A stretch of DNA of 64,000 nucleotides from an uncultured Rivularia sp. (GCA_963665115.1 OY762007.1:2688001-2752000), one strand, 5' to 3'; shown: positions 32,517 to 44,313, numbered from the stretch's first letter. Numbers and translations are program-made. The notes: generated by a model not told the origin, from the sequence alone.

Positions 32517-33702
32517 AATCTGATTCATAAATAATAAAGTTGTTATTTGCTAATTCACTTTTTAATCGGGGATAATGAATCGAGTTAATAGTTAGTATTC
32601 CACGTTTTTGCTCGATTAAACCCTTACGCCGCAACATTTGTACTTGACCTTTAACTAAAGTTTTTTCGTCTCCCAAACTCTCGCTGAGTGCGGATAAAGT
32701 TAAATCCCCATGTAACAATAAAGAATATAAAATATAGTGTTCCTCTGGATTTAAACGCGGTAGATTAGGTAATTCGGGATTTTGCGCTTCCAGGATTTCT
32801 TCAGTTTTTTTGTTTTCTTCGTTGTCTTCTTTATCTGTATCTTTATCTTGATAGCGTATTGAACTTAAAAATATTTGTACGGCTACAGTATTTACACCTT
32901 CACTTAGATCCGCTAATTTTTGAAAATATCTACTTTGATAAGTTTCATTTTCTTCTGAATTAGAAAACTCTATATTAGGCTTAGAAAAATGAATATCAAA
33001 TTCAGAAACAATTGGTTCAAACCATGCTTGTAGTTGTTCGGCAGTAAGTCTGGGTAGCTCTAAATATTCACCACAGTAAGCTTTCAAGTGAGAAACATGA
33101 TCGAGGTATTCCCAACCTACTTTACCCCCACCAATTACCCAAAATCGAGAATCATCTTGAAGCAGCACATCTTGTAAATAATCAATTCCTTCCAAACCAT
33201 CAACGCAGCGTAAAAAACACCAGCTTAAATTAGAAATAACAACAACTTCCTGCTGTTTTGATTCTGCTGTTACCAATCCTCTACCTAATTGCTGCCGTAA
33301 TTTTGTTGGAATATCTTCAGCTTTTTCTGGTCTACCCATCCATTGTAAAGGTCGCAGTGGTATTTCTCGTTCCGATGCCCAATCTTGTAAGCTTTCAGTT
33401 AAAGTACGCGATACAGTTGTTACGGGAGAACTCAAAATAACCACAGAATTATCAGCCACTTCGGGATTGCTGCGCCATTTCTCGAAAGCTTCATCTAACT
33501 TTGACTGAATCGCTTCCATATCCGGATTATCGGTAGGTAGCTTATCGACAGCTGCAACTAATTTAGATGCAAGAGAAGGTGGTAACTCAATTAGGGATTT
33601 CTCAGGCTCTTGTGTTTCTTGCTCATCAGTCGAAAATCTAGACAGTAAAGTCTTCCGACGATCGAGGAACCAGGTTTCAAATCGATTAAAAAGTGTACCC
33701 AT
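32515..33702 (-). CDS. Hypothetical protein, degenerate ATPase-like domain with C-terminal winged helix
   Basis: 396 aa from MGTLFNRF; C-terminal LLLHGDLTLSALSESLG wHTH-like segment; upstream of mscS. Confidence 0.65.
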   Translation of the reverse strand: MGTLFNRFETWFLDRRKTLLSRFSTDEQETQEPEKSLIELPPSLASKLVAAVDKLPTDNPDMEAIQSKLDEAFEKWRSNPEVADNSVVILSSPVTTVSRTLTESLQDWASEREIPLRPLQWMGRPEKAEDIPTKLRQQLGRGLVTAESKQQEVVVISNLSWCFLRCVDGLEGIDYLQDVLLQDDSRFWVIGGGKVGWEYLDHVSHLKAYCGEYLELPRLTAEQLQAWFEPIVSEFDIHFSKPNIEFSNSEENETYQSRYFQKLADLSEGVNTVAVQIFLSSIRYQDKDTDKEDNEENKKTEEILEAQNPELPNLPRLNPEEHYILYSLLLHGDLTLSALSESLGDEKTLVKGQVQMLRRKGLIEQKRGILTINSIHYPRLKSELANNNFIIYESD

Positions 33703-33814
33703 TCCAGCTATTTTTCCCAGCTTGGTTATGAGTATCTTACCGTAATGAGTAGCGAGCAGTAAGCAGTGAGCAGTAAACAGTAAAAAATGGCTAGTTACCA
33801 CTAACAACTAACCT

Positions 33815-34963
33815 TCAAAGCTGATAATTATGCAACCAATCGGAAAATTCTTCCCCAGTCATCTGTTCTGGCTTTTCTTCCTTTTCTCTCTTCAATTTCT
33901 CGCTTTCGGTTTCGTAGTAGCGCATTTCTCCTCTTGCACTGCGAGTTTGAATAATTTTTAGCCGAGGAATGCGACGCTGTTCGTAATTAGCAAAAGCTTC
34001 ACCGAAATCAGATGCATTTGATAAGCAGTCTGCTAGCACCCATGCATCTTCAAAAGTAGTGTTTGAACCTTGCCCTAAAGCAGGAGCCATTGGGTGTGCT
34101 GCATCACCGAGCAAAGTTACTTTATTCTTACTCCAAGAATCTAAGGGCAATCGATCGCAAATTCCTCCTTCTAAAATTCTTTCAGATGGAGTTGCTTCTA
34201 CCAAAGTACGTAATGGTTTTCCCCATTCAGCTATTTTGTTTAATACGCGAGTTTTTGCTTGATCTTTATTTTTAGAAAGAGAATAATCCGATGATTTTTG
34301 GCGATAAAGCCAAGCAATATCTCCATCACCAACATTTAACAAGTACATAAATTCCCTATGTGCTGTAACAAAACCCAACTCACCGGGTTTTAATACTTGT
34401 TGGTTAGATTTAATTACAGCACGCCAAGACATACTATTTAAAAAACGAGGTTCGCCATCTGCAATTAAATTTTCCCTAACCGCAGATTTGATTCCATCAG
34501 CACCAATTAGTAAATCGGTGCGAACTGTTTCTTTGTTATCAAAATATACATCTACACCTTCATCATTTTGGGAAAAACCAGTACAGCGATGATTGAGATG
34601 AATAATGTTTGTAGGTAATTTTGATGCTAAAATTTGCTGCAATCGCCACCACCAAACTGTTATTAAAGGAAAGCCATATTTATCTTCAAATCTATTATTA
34701 GTTTGGTTAGTGCGAATAGTTTCACCTTGAGTATTTTTTAAAACAGTTTGTTTTACGTGACAACCAGAATTTTTAATTGATTCAACTATCCCAGGTTCAA
34801 TTGCATCTAAACTTTTCAAACCATTTGGCAGCAAACCCAAGCCGCCACCTACAGGACGAAAATCTTGGGCTTTCTCGTAAACTTGAACGTTATAGCCTTT
34901 TTTGTGCAGCGCGATCGCACAAGCTAAACCTCCCAAACCAGCACCTACAATAGCTATTCTCAT
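33815..34963 (-). CDS. FAD-dependent monooxygenase
   Basis: GAGLGG, LIGADG, LLGDAAHPM..GQG. Confidence 0.92.
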   Translation of the reverse strand: MRIAIVGAGLGGLACAIALHKKGYNVQVYEKAQDFRPVGGGLGLLPNGLKSLDAIEPGIVESIKNSGCHVKQTVLKNTQGETIRTNQTNNRFEDKYGFPLITVWWWRLQQILASKLPTNIIHLNHRCTGFSQNDEGVDVYFDNKETVRTDLLIGADGIKSAVRENLIADGEPRFLNSMSWRAVIKSNQQVLKPGELGFVTAHREFMYLLNVGDGDIAWLYRQKSSDYSLSKNKDQAKTRVLNKIAEWGKPLRTLVEATPSERILEGGICDRLPLDSWSKNKVTLLGDAAHPMAPALGQGSNTTFEDAWVLADCLSNASDFGEAFANYEQRRIPRLKIIQTRSARGEMRYYETESEKLKREKEEKPEQMTGEEFSDWLHNYQL

Positions 34964-35315
34964 AGTGAACAGTTAACAGTGAGCAGTGAGCAGTTAACAA
35001 TTATTGGATTCTAATTAAATAATAACAATTAAGCGACTTACAAAAAATAATTTATCCAAAATAATCGTAGTGCGTTCGCCATAGAATGTACCTTTCTCAC
35101 TTGAGATATATAGCTTTTAGAAACCAGATTTATTTTTGTGAAAACATAATTATTGCGTTTTGCAATCAACAAGAAACCTGGTTTGCGGAAACTGCTGCAA
35201 GATGTGAATAACAACTAATAGCCAACAACCAATATTAAAAAAAACACCCAGCCAACCAATTAGTTACTAGGTGTAAAAATTCAAAAACCTATTTAACTGT
35301 TCGCTGTTAACTGAT

Positions 35316-38300
35316 TTAAGCAATGCTATCAATCTTGATAACGATATCATTGAAATCTTTATCGCCACCACCGGGTAAATCTTCAAAACCGAAGGTGTTA
35401 CTATCCAACAACTTGATATGGTCAAAATTTCCGTCGTCGCTGTTAGCACCCAAGTATGGAAAGTAAACTTCTGCTGCACCGCTTAGTGCTTCGGATAAAT
35501 TACCATCAGCAATGATTACGGGAACCACAATAGAACCTGCACTAAATTCAAAACTTCCACTTTCTGTGTTGTCGTCGCTGATGGAGAATTCAGGAGAAAC
35601 CAAGTTGCTCAAAGCTGCTGCCATATAACCTTCGTCACCAACTTCTACGCCGCCAACACTACCGTTGATATCGTCAACTTTGTAGAAGTAAACTTCATTA
35701 TCGAAATCAGCTTCTCTGCTTATGGTGAAGTTTACTGTTGCTTTATCGGTGAAGCCACGTAAGTCAATTATCTCAATCGTAGTTCCATCAACATCTGTAG
35801 TAAATATTTCATTCTCCCCAGATGCTTCGAGGGTAGCAATTTCGTAAAGTGTGGTGGTTTTGCTTTCTTCGTTAGCAACTGCCAACATTGCTTCACCGTT
35901 AGGGCTTTCTTCAGCCGCAATAAATTTCAATCCTTCAGGAGCAATATCTCCTTGGGTACGAATATATTGATTAAATTTTGGTGCGGTTGGGTTGCTCAGA
36001 TCGTAAACTAGCACGCCACCACCAGCACGTTCTAAACCAACGAATCCGTAAGGCTTTCCATCTATAATTCCTACGGTGACAGATTCAGGTTCGGCACCTT
36101 TATCATCGGAGCGTTCGTCAAACTCCTCTGATACTCCATCGTTAGCATTAAAGAGTTCGGGAGTTTGAGATGCAAGAATTTGAGCGATTTGATCGCCGCT
36201 ATCAAATACTTGGTTGCCAAATTCATCCCAAATCGAGAAGGAACGAGCGCCATAACTGAAGATTTGGTCAACGTCGCCATCTCCATCAGTATCGCCCATC
36301 GTTGTAGTGGTTTTGAGACGACCAAGATTTTCATCTGCTTGTAAGGTAGCAGCGTCAGGGAAAACTGTAGGATCGAGTTGTAAATCTTTGACTCGCGTTT
36401 CTTCGCTAAAACCACCGTAATCTCTTGCATCACCTTCGTTAGCTGTAATGTAGTAAGTCTTACCATCTACTTCAAAGCTATCGATTGCATCTGGCTGATA
36501 CATTCCCAAAGTGGGATGATTTTGAATGTCAATACTGTCATCTTTATCGCTCGCATCAAATTTATTCCCTCCATCAAAATCGATAATTCCTAATACAACT
36601 GGTGTGGGGTTAGGATTTACCGGAACTGTTCCGTCAACGGGAATATCTTCGTCAAGTAAACCAAAGTCGTTGTCATTAAGAACGGCCAAACGACCATCAT
36701 CTAAAATAGCTAAACCTTCGGGTTTGTCACCAGCTTGATAACCAATTGAAGGTAGGTTTGTAACTTTGATCTTGTTGACAAAATTGATGCCTTGAGCTTC
36801 TAATTCATCAGCGGTGTGTTGCTCAAGAGTTTTTCCTGGTAACAAGGAAGTAGTATTAAGGACGTTAGTTGCACCTTTGAGGTCAATTTCAAAAATGAAC
36901 TTATCCGCATCCGCACCAACTTCCGAATCGCGCTCGATAACCTGGAATTTTCCGTCACCGGAGTAAACCGCGTCACCAATTTTATCAACTCTTCCACCAG
37001 GACGAACTGCTGGATCTTCGAGTAAGTAAACGTATTCCGAAACTGCTTCACCTGTAGTAGGATTAATACCCAAAATCCGAATTACATCGGAAGCGTTAGA
37101 AGCTGCGCGATCTGGATTTGCTAAAGGAGTCTGGATAAATGCGTAGAGAATATTTTCGTCAGTATCCAGAGCTACAGCTTCAAAACCACGATTGCTGCGG
37201 CGATTGGAATATTCTTCCGGTAAAGTTTCTGCTCCGTAGGTTCCTGCGGCTTGACCACCTAATGCACCAGTTCCCGATGGTACAAAGCGTTCAATTAATT
37301 TACCAGTAGAATCAAAATTGTAAATAGCCGGACGGTATTCATCAACCATCCAGAAGCTACCGTCAGGAGCAATGACAACACCTTCTAAGTCAGCACCAAA
37401 TTCGTCATAACCGAGCAGATTACCAAACAAATCTACAGGTTCTTCATCAACTCCAGCAATGTTAGGACGACCAGTAATAGGAGTTGTGCCGTCTTTTCTG
37501 GTTAATAAAACTTCCGATAAATTTTCGATTGCACCAGTAGATTCGTTAAGTTCAAACTTGACAACTCGTGCTTGATAGTCTGGTAAAGCAAAAGGACGCT
37601 CGTCATCACCGTCACCGTTTACATCTCCAGAATTACCATTTGGACCTCGATCGGGAACGGTAACAAATTTTAAGTTACCATTCTCAGTCCCTTCATAAAA
37701 AAGACCTGATAAACCACCAAGTAAAATATCTTGTCCTGCGGTAGTTTCGGTAGAATCTTCGGGATTTGTTGTAGCAGTTGTACCGAGTACGGATAAATTA
37801 GAGAACTCGTATTGTTTAAGGGTTGGTTGACCTTTGCTGTGGTTTTTGTAACCTAAAGGTAAAACATCTTGTACGGTTGCAGTTTCAATATCAACAACTG
37901 CGATCGCGTTGTTTTCTTGCAGGGTAATAACTGCTGTTTTACCGTCTCCTGATATCGCAACGTATTCTGGTTCTAAATCTTGAGCAACAGTTGCATTTGG
38001 CCCATAAATCCGCACGCCTTTATTAATTAAAGCTTGCTTTTGGTCGTTGAAACCCGTAAAATCTGCTGTTGTTACTGTAGCGCTAGCAACTCCATTGGAA
38101 ATATCAACTATGCTAATAGAACCATTCGGATCTACAGTATAATCATCATTTGGTTCGCCTTCATTCGCGACAATTACCTTATTACCATCGGCGGTAAAGG
38201 TAAGCATATCGGGAAGCGCACCAACTGTAACAGAATTTTGGAATACACCATCAGCATTGTAGAAAGCAACTACACCACTATCTTGCTTGGTATCAGCTTC

Positions 38301-38534
38301 AACAGCTACAGCAATAATCCCGTTTTTAACTGCAACGCTATTAGAACCACCACCGATAGTTGTAATATCAATTTCACCAAACTTTGTAGGGTTAGTTGGG
38401 TTACTAATATCGATAATTTCAACGGTGTCCCCAGTAGTTATAAATAACCTTTGAGTAGTTGAATCGTGTGCAACAATTTCCGCACCATTTTCACTTGTAA
38501 AAGTACCGATTTGACTAAGATTAACTTTATTCAT
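35316..38534 (-). CDS. Choice-of-anchor I (alkaline phosphatase-associated) protein with inserted phytase-like/esterase domain and C-terminal DUF4114
   Basis: GALPDMLTF..ANEGEP..DLEPEY; central DRGPNG..DLEG..DEYRP..NRGFEA; later ANEGDAR..RSDDKGAEPE..APEGL; C-terminal FGFEDLPGGGDKDFND. Confidence 0.8.
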   Translation of the reverse strand: MNKVNLSQIGTFTSENGAEIVAHDSTTQRLFITTGDTVEIIDISNPTNPTKFGEIDITTIGGGSNSVAVKNGIIAVAVEADTKQDSGVVAFYNADGVFQNSVTVGALPDMLTFTADGNKVIVANEGEPNDDYTVDPNGSISIVDISNGVASATVTTADFTGFNDQKQALINKGVRIYGPNATVAQDLEPEYVAISGDGKTAVITLQENNAIAVVDIETATVQDVLPLGYKNHSKGQPTLKQYEFSNLSVLGTTATTNPEDSTETTAGQDILLGGLSGLFYEGTENGNLKFVTVPDRGPNGNSGDVNGDGDDERPFALPDYQARVVKFELNESTGAIENLSEVLLTRKDGTTPITGRPNIAGVDEEPVDLFGNLLGYDEFGADLEGVVIAPDGSFWMVDEYRPAIYNFDSTGKLIERFVPSGTGALGGQAAGTYGAETLPEEYSNRRSNRGFEAVALDTDENILYAFIQTPLANPDRAASNASDVIRILGINPTTGEAVSEYVYLLEDPAVRPGGRVDKIGDAVYSGDGKFQVIERDSEVGADADKFIFEIDLKGATNVLNTTSLLPGKTLEQHTADELEAQGINFVNKIKVTNLPSIGYQAGDKPEGLAILDDGRLAVLNDNDFGLLDEDIPVDGTVPVNPNPTPVVLGIIDFDGGNKFDASDKDDSIDIQNHPTLGMYQPDAIDSFEVDGKTYYITANEGDARDYGGFSEETRVKDLQLDPTVFPDAATLQADENLGRLKTTTTMGDTDGDGDVDQIFSYGARSFSIWDEFGNQVFDSGDQIAQILASQTPELFNANDGVSEEFDERSDDKGAEPESVTVGIIDGKPYGFVGLERAGGGVLVYDLSNPTAPKFNQYIRTQGDIAPEGLKFIAAEESPNGEAMLAVANEESKTTTLYEIATLEASGENEIFTTDVDGTTIEIIDLRGFTDKATVNFTISREADFDNEVYFYKVDDINGSVGGVEVGDEGYMAAALSNLVSPEFSISDDNTESGSFEFSAGSIVVPVIIADGNLSEALSGAAEVYFPYLGANSDDGNFDHIKLLDSNTFGFEDLPGGGDKDFNDIVIKIDSIA

Positions 38535-38810
38535 TTTTTCTTCAGGCTAATGATAATTAATGAATGGTTCGTAATTGTTAGCTATAAAAAAAGCAACAGT
38601 TAAACCACAAGTATTAAAGAAGTTACCACTAGTTGAAATTACAGCCAAGGATTGTAAGTTACTTTTGTTATATGAATAACAATTGCTTAATCAAAGCATA
38701 ATTTAATGTTAATAAAAGAGGTTCGTAGTAGTGCTTTAGCGCCTCCGATCGGAAGCGTTAAAACGCAAACTACGAACCTAAAAAAAACTAGTAAACTACC
38801 TGCTTACCAA

Positions 38811-38919
38811 TACTCCACCACATTAATTGTGCGGGGTATCTGGGAGCGTCTCGCTCGCTAGTTGTCACGAGGGAGCGAGACGCTCCCACTGCGAATGTTT
38901 TACCCAGCAAAATTAATAT
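38811..38919. mobile_element. MITE-like repeat related to element A at 57139-57525
   Basis: CCACATTAATTGTGCGGGGTA..GGGAGCGTCTCGCTC..GAGCGAGACGCTCCC..TACCCAGCAAAATTA. Confidence 0.6.
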
Positions 38920-39105
38920 AACCGCAAAGGGCGCAAAGAGCGCGGAGAGAAAAAATATTGGAGAGTTAAAAAGTTTATTGACCTATCTATTTTATGGGAC
39001 AGACCACTAATGGGAACAATAAATGAGATTTGCAGCATACAAATTTTGACACCTACCAAAAATCTAATGCTATTATGATAACGATTATCATTATTAGTTT
39101 TTTTT

Positions 39106-40350
39106 ATGGAAAGTAATCCACCACACTTGTTGAGGAAAATCGATTTAGCAATTATCGGTGCTGGGGGCCTCACGCTCTAACTTTAGTTACTCATCTGCTA
39201 CAAAAACGTCAAAAAATCCGTTCCAAAATTGCCGTATTTGATCCAAGTGGAAAATGGATGAGTCGGTGGGAGCATCAGTTTGCAGCATTGGAAATACCGC
39301 ATTTACGTTCTCCTGCGGTTCATCATCCAGATCCAAATCCTTTTGCTTTACGTAAGTTCGCAGAGAATCGCTCTAATGAATTTTTTCCTCCCTACGATTT
39401 ACCGGGAACTCGATTATTTAACGATTTTTGTCAGGATGTAATTCGTAGTTGGGATTTAGAAAATACAGTTCGAGGTGAAAAGATTACTCGAATTCAACCG
39501 TTAAATAATCCTTTTGGATCGCAGTTTCGTTTGTGGTTGGGTTCTGGAAAATCAATATTAGCTCGTCGGGTAGTATTAGCAACTGGTAGCAGTCAACTAC
39601 AAACACCTAATTGGGTAAACCAAATTAATCAAAATTATCCCGAAGATAAACTTTGTCATTCAACAACAGTAGATTTACGTAAACTACATTTAGCTGGTGA
39701 AAAAGTCTTGATTATTGGTGGAGGGTTAACAAGCGGACATTTAGCGGTAGGTGCAATGTCTCGTGGAGCCGAAGTGCAGATATCAATGCGACGACAGTTA
39801 CAGGAAAAGATATTTGACGCGGATGCTGGTTGGTTGGGACCAAAATATCTCAAAGGATTTTTTGCAGAACCAGATTTTGAAAAGCGTTTTGAAATGATTC
39901 AACAAGCGCGAAATGGCGGTTCTATGACTCCTGCAATGGTAACGCAGCTAAGACGACAAATGCATAATGGTAAGTTGAGAATTCAGGAAAACACGCAAGT
40001 TGTTGGGGCTGAATGGACGGATAATCAATGGTTAGTAAAATTTACTGATGGGGAGCAAAAACGATTTCATCGCATTTGGTTATCTACCGGAACCCGATTC
40101 GATGTCAATTCCGAACCTTTATTAAAGGAAGTTTTACAAGCATATCCAATACCTGTCATCAATGGTTTACCCGTGTTAGATGATAACTTACGTTGGCGCG
40201 GTTGTTCGTTATTTATTATGGGTGGGTTAGCGGCTTTACAAATCGGGGCCGACAGCGAGAAATTTATCAGGTGCAAGAATGGCAAGTGATAAAATGCTTA
40301 AGGCGATTATTAAATCTGATGTAGTTCAAAATCAAGCTAAAATTGCTTGA
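39106..40350 (+). CDS. FAD/NAD(P)-binding oxidoreductase (lysine N6-hydroxylase-like); frameshifts at ~39163-67 and ~40245-48
   Basis: IDLAIIGAG(PH)ALT, HLRSPAVHHPDP, IIGGGLTSGHL, LQIG(PTARNLSGAR) restored across G-runs. Confidence 0.8.
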
Positions 40351-40565
40351 GTCTTCTAAAACTATCAAGAAAAAGATATTGAGTTTAGAAAGAGCGTGTA
40401 CTCCGAAATTTTAAAATCTTTGGTTTATACTACTCCATAGAGCGTCAGCGATAGATTTAGCTGAGGAACGTTAAAAACTATGATGATTCCAAAATGAACA
40501 GATTGCGGTAGCATGATTTAAGTCTACTACCGGGTCAATTTATATACTGTTTTATAGGAATCATT

Positions 40566-42755
40566 ATGGTAAATACCTCAACAACTTTCCCAGATATCAA
40601 AAACCATTGGGCGCGTAAATTTATTGAAGCTCTGGCAACGCGAAGAATTTTAAATGGTTATCCCGATGGTAGTTTTCGTCCCAATAACTCAGTAACGAGG
40701 GCAGAGTTTGCTGCAATTGTTACTTCAACTTTTCATCAAATCCCCAAGAAGCGGGACTATATACCTTTTGTTGATGTTCCAAGAAATCATTGGGCATTTT
40801 CTGCAATTAAAAAGTCTTACGAAACAGTTTTTATTACCGGATTTCCTAATCGTGAATTTCGCCCTAAAAATCGCATCACGCGGGCAAATGCTTTAGTCTC
40901 AATTATCAGCGGTTTGGGATTTACTAGCAGTGTCGATCGGGATTTATTAACCGCTTTACCACAAATATATCGGGATTACGATCAAATTCCAGACTACGCA
41001 AAAATAGCTATGGCTATCTCTACAAAAGCGGGTTTGGTTGCAAGTCATCCAGATATTACATTACTAAATCCCACTTTAGCAGCGACTCGTGCAGATATTT
41101 CTGTCTTTGTTTATCAAGCTTTAGTTTATTTAGAAGAAGCTGAAAAAATTGCATCTGATTATTTAGTTTATCCACAATCTGTAACGCCAAATCCAGATAA
41201 AACTCGTGAATACGACATTATTTGTTTCGGTGATGAAGTTCCTGGTGTTTTAAGTTTGGTATGTGCTTCGCGGGAATATCATCGTCGCACTGGTAAATAT
41301 CCGCGCAGCTTATTATTATTTAAAGGAAATTCTCAATTAGGAATTGGCGGACATTTGGTTAGAGGTGGTTTATCTTATCTCGATCGTTCATCCGTTCCTA
41401 TTTCAATCCGTCAGCAGTACGATTTAGATACTTTCGGAGATTCACCGGCAATTTATGATGAATTTCTGGAACGTTCTGGAGTTTATCAAATCGCTTTAGA
41501 TCCGCAAAATGCTAATCTTACTTTACGTCAGATGTTGCTTGAAGTAAGAGCTAATATTTTAAGTAATGCGGAAATTAAGTCGGTAATTAAAGAAGGAAAT
41601 AATATTAGTGTTGTTGAATTAATTCGAGGTGAATTTTACAAAGCAAATTATTTTATTGACTGTACTGTAAATGCCGAGTTAGCACAATTTGCTGGAGTTA
41701 AGAAATTAAGAGGTTTTGAAACATTTGGTTTGCCCGATTCCGAATTATCGGTAACTTTAACTTTTCAAACTAAAGGATTAACTGTAGATAGATTAAAGCA
41801 GATTGAATATGAATATTTAGAAGGTTTCACGGATCGAGCTAATACCGAATTTCAAAACTTACTTAATATTGCTGCTGGTAATAATTCAGATTTTGCCGAT
41901 TACCTGAGACAAGATCTAATTGATAAAAATGGCAACTTGAAAACGATGTACGCGGGTAGAGACTACATCGATGTTCGCTCCAAAGCTTTATCAATTGCTT
42001 ATCATAGCTTCCGAGGGACTCCACTATATCTACAAACCAGCGGAAGTATTCTTGATAATGGCAATATCGCGATTTTAAATAACAATACATTGTCTTGGAA
42101 TGCTTTATTGTTCGATGTTAATGCAACACAAGCAGAAAATTTAGCCAGAAATAAAGCTTTACCGACATCCGCAATGCTTGGGGAAATGGAATTTGTCGCT
42201 CAGTGGTTTAAAAATATTGGTGCTACTGAAATAATTCCAGCTTCCGAATTATACATTCGTCATGCAGGAAATGTTACCGGAGTCGTAGAACCTTTAACGG
42301 GAGCAGAAATGCTTGCTGGAGGAGTTCCAGAAAATGAAGCTTTAGGAACTTTTGGCTACCATTTTGATATTCGTGGAGGTATCAAAGGTTTGGGTAATAG
42401 AGCTTTGGAAAAAGGATTAGAGCAATTTAGTTTACATTTACCACCGTTATCCAACTTTGGTATTCAACACGCTTTAGTAAAAGATGTTCCAAATCTTGCT
42501 GTTATCAGCCCCGCTTCTGGATTTGAAGGTTATGCTTGCTCCGCTGGTAGAATCGTTGAATTTAACTGCGGTGTTGGGCAAGGTGTTGGAATTGGAATTG
42601 GTATTGCATTATCTGAAAATCGTAATTTGGCAGAAATTTCTAATTTAGAAGTGCGGGAAGTTTTGGTAGATACGCAGCGTTTACCGAAGATATATGGAGT
42701 TAGCTATATTGAGCAAGCGCGGGAATTGGATGTTTTTGAGAACTTGATTGCTTGA
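40566..42755 (+). CDS. SLH-domain protein fused to FAD-dependent oxidoreductase
   Basis: Three SLH repeats (FPDIKNHWA..GYPDGSFRPN..TRAEFA); YDIICFGDEVPG, FIDCTVNAELA. Confidence 0.8.
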   Translation: MVNTSTTFPDIKNHWARKFIEALATRRILNGYPDGSFRPNNSVTRAEFAAIVTSTFHQIPKKRDYIPFVDVPRNHWAFSAIKKSYETVFITGFPNREFRPKNRITRANALVSIISGLGFTSSVDRDLLTALPQIYRDYDQIPDYAKIAMAISTKAGLVASHPDITLLNPTLAATRADISVFVYQALVYLEEAEKIASDYLVYPQSVTPNPDKTREYDIICFGDEVPGVLSLVCASREYHRRTGKYPRSLLLFKGNSQLGIGGHLVRGGLSYLDRSSVPISIRQQYDLDTFGDSPAIYDEFLERSGVYQIALDPQNANLTLRQMLLEVRANILSNAEIKSVIKEGNNISVVELIRGEFYKANYFIDCTVNAELAQFAGVKKLRGFETFGLPDSELSVTLTFQTKGLTVDRLKQIEYEYLEGFTDRANTEFQNLLNIAAGNNSDFADYLRQDLIDKNGNLKTMYAGRDYIDVRSKALSIAYHSFRGTPLYLQTSGSILDNGNIAILNNNTLSWNALLFDVNATQAENLARNKALPTSAMLGEMEFVAQWFKNIGATEIIPASELYIRHAGNVTGVVEPLTGAEMLAGGVPENEALGTFGYHFDIRGGIKGLGNRALEKGLEQFSLHLPPLSNFGIQHALVKDVPNLAVISPASGFEGYACSAGRIVEFNCGVGQGVGIGIGIALSENRNLAEISNLEVREVLVDTQRLPKIYGVSYIEQARELDVFENLIA

Positions 42756-43003
42756 TGTATTTGTGGAAATTGATATCAGTTCCTTTTCATAAGAAAGGTT
42801 CAATAAATGCAGAGGAAATTAATGATGTAGAACTTAAGAATAAATTGGATTTATTAAAAATTCAAGGGTGGGAAGTAGTTAGAATGCTTGCTATTACGCG
42901 CAATGATGGTACATTCTTTGATTTTTTAATAGAATTAAAGTGTGAAGTGATTCCCTTCCCTGTGTTACGGCGAGGATTTTACCCAATTTTTAAACTACGA
43001 TAG
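42752..43003 (+). CDS. Small hypothetical protein
   Basis: 83-aa ORF overlapping the upstream stop; L..QGWEVV motif. Confidence 0.4.
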   Translation: MMYLWKLISVPFHKKGSINAEEINDVELKNKLDLLKIQGWEVVRMLAITRNDGTFFDFLIELKCEVIPFPVLRRGFYPIFKLR

Positions 43004-43065
43004 CAAAATATCAAAAGAAGAAAGCGATAAATCGCTTACTACGAACCTATGAAAAATTGCACAGC

Positions 43066-43099
43066 AAAAAACGCCTCCCGATTGCTCGGAAGGCGTTTT
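43066..43099 (-). terminator. psbA intrinsic terminator
   Basis: AAAACGCCT.CCG-loop-CGG.AGGCGTTTT hairpin with T-run on minus strand. Confidence 0.75.
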
Positions 43100-43140
43100 C
43101 TATAAGACGTAAAATTTTACGTCTCTACAATATTAAATTT

Positions 43141-44223
43141 TTAACCGTTGATTGCGGGAGCGCTGATTGCTACAGGAGCAGTTTCGCCAGCAGCCAAATC
43201 AAGTGGGAAGTTGTGAGCGTTACGCTCGTGCATTACTTCCATACCCAAGTTAGCTCTGTTCAATACATCAGCCCAGGTGTTTACAACTCTACCGCTAGAA
43301 TCGATTACAGACTGGTTGAAGTTGAAACCGTTCAAGTTAAACGCCATTGTGCTGATTCCCAAAGCGGTAAACCAGATTCCTACTACAGGCCATGCTGCTA
43401 AGAAGAAGTGCAAGCTACGGCTGTTGTTGAAGGAAGCGTATTGGAAGATCAAACGACCAAAGTAACCGTGTGCAGCTACGATGTTGTAAGTTTCTTCTTC
43501 TTGACCGAATTTGTAACCGTAGTTCTGAGATTCGGTTTCGGTTGTTTCACGTACCAAGGAGCTTGTTACCAAAGAACCGTGCATTGCACTGAACAAGCTT
43601 CCGCCGAATACACCTGCAACACCTAACTGGTGGAAGGGGTGCATCAAAATGTTGTGTTCAGCTTGGAACACGAACATGAAGTTAAAGGTACCAGAAATAC
43701 CTAAAGGCATACCGTCAGAGAAAGAACCTTGTCCAATTGGGTAGATCAAGAATACTGCGGTTGCTGCTGCTACTGGAGCAGAGAAAGCAACACAGATCCA
43801 AGGACGCATACCCAAGCGGTAAGATAATTCCCACTCACGACCTAAGTAGCAAAATACACCAATTAGGAAGTGGAAACATACCAACTGGTAAGGACCACCG
43901 TTGTACAACCACTCATCTAGAGAAGCTGCTTCCCAAATTGGGTAGAAGTGCAAACCAATAGCGTTAGAAGAAGGAACAACAGCACCGGAGATGATGTTGT
44001 TTCCGTAGATCAACGAACCTGCAACAGGCTCGCGGATACCATCGATGTCAACAGGAGGTGCTGCAACAAAAGCGATGATGAAACAGGTGGTAGCAGCTAA
44101 GAGGGTAGGAATCATCAACATACCAAACCAACCGATGTATAAACGATTGTTGGTGCTGGTGATCCATCCGCAGAACTGTTCCCACGCACTGGCGCTCTCG
44201 CGTCTTTGTAATGTGGTTGTCAT
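43141..44223 (-). CDS. psbA: Photosystem II D1 protein (Q130 form)
   Basis: [10 protein letters not shown]...[19 protein letters not shown] indicates Gln130. Confidence 0.99.
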   Translation of the reverse strand: MTTTLQRRESASAWEQFCGWITSTNNRLYIGWFGMLMIPTLLAATTCFIIAFVAAPPVDIDGIREPVAGSLIYGNNIISGAVVPSSNAIGLHFYPIWEAASLDEWLYNGGPYQLVCFHFLIGVFCYLGREWELSYRLGMRPWICVAFSAPVAAATAVFLIYPIGQGSFSDGMPLGISGTFNFMFVFQAEHNILMHPFHQLGVAGVFGGSLFSAMHGSLVTSSLVRETTETESQNYGYKFGQEEETYNIVAAHGYFGRLIFQYASFNNSRSLHFFLAAWPVVGIWFTALGISTMAFNLNGFNFNQSVIDSSGRVVNTWADVLNRANLGMEVMHERNAHNFPLDLAAGETAPVAISAPAING

Positions 44224-44284
44224 GGTTCGGATAATTGCGTTTTGTTTTATGTATGTGTAAGCTGTTTTGCTTACCTATATTTAT

Positions 44285-44313
44285 ACATTAGAGCATATTT
44301 TACGTTTTGTAAA
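44285..44313 (-). promoter_or_regulatory. psbA sigma70-type promoter
   Basis: TTTACA - 17 bp - TAATGT on minus strand. Confidence 0.7.
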
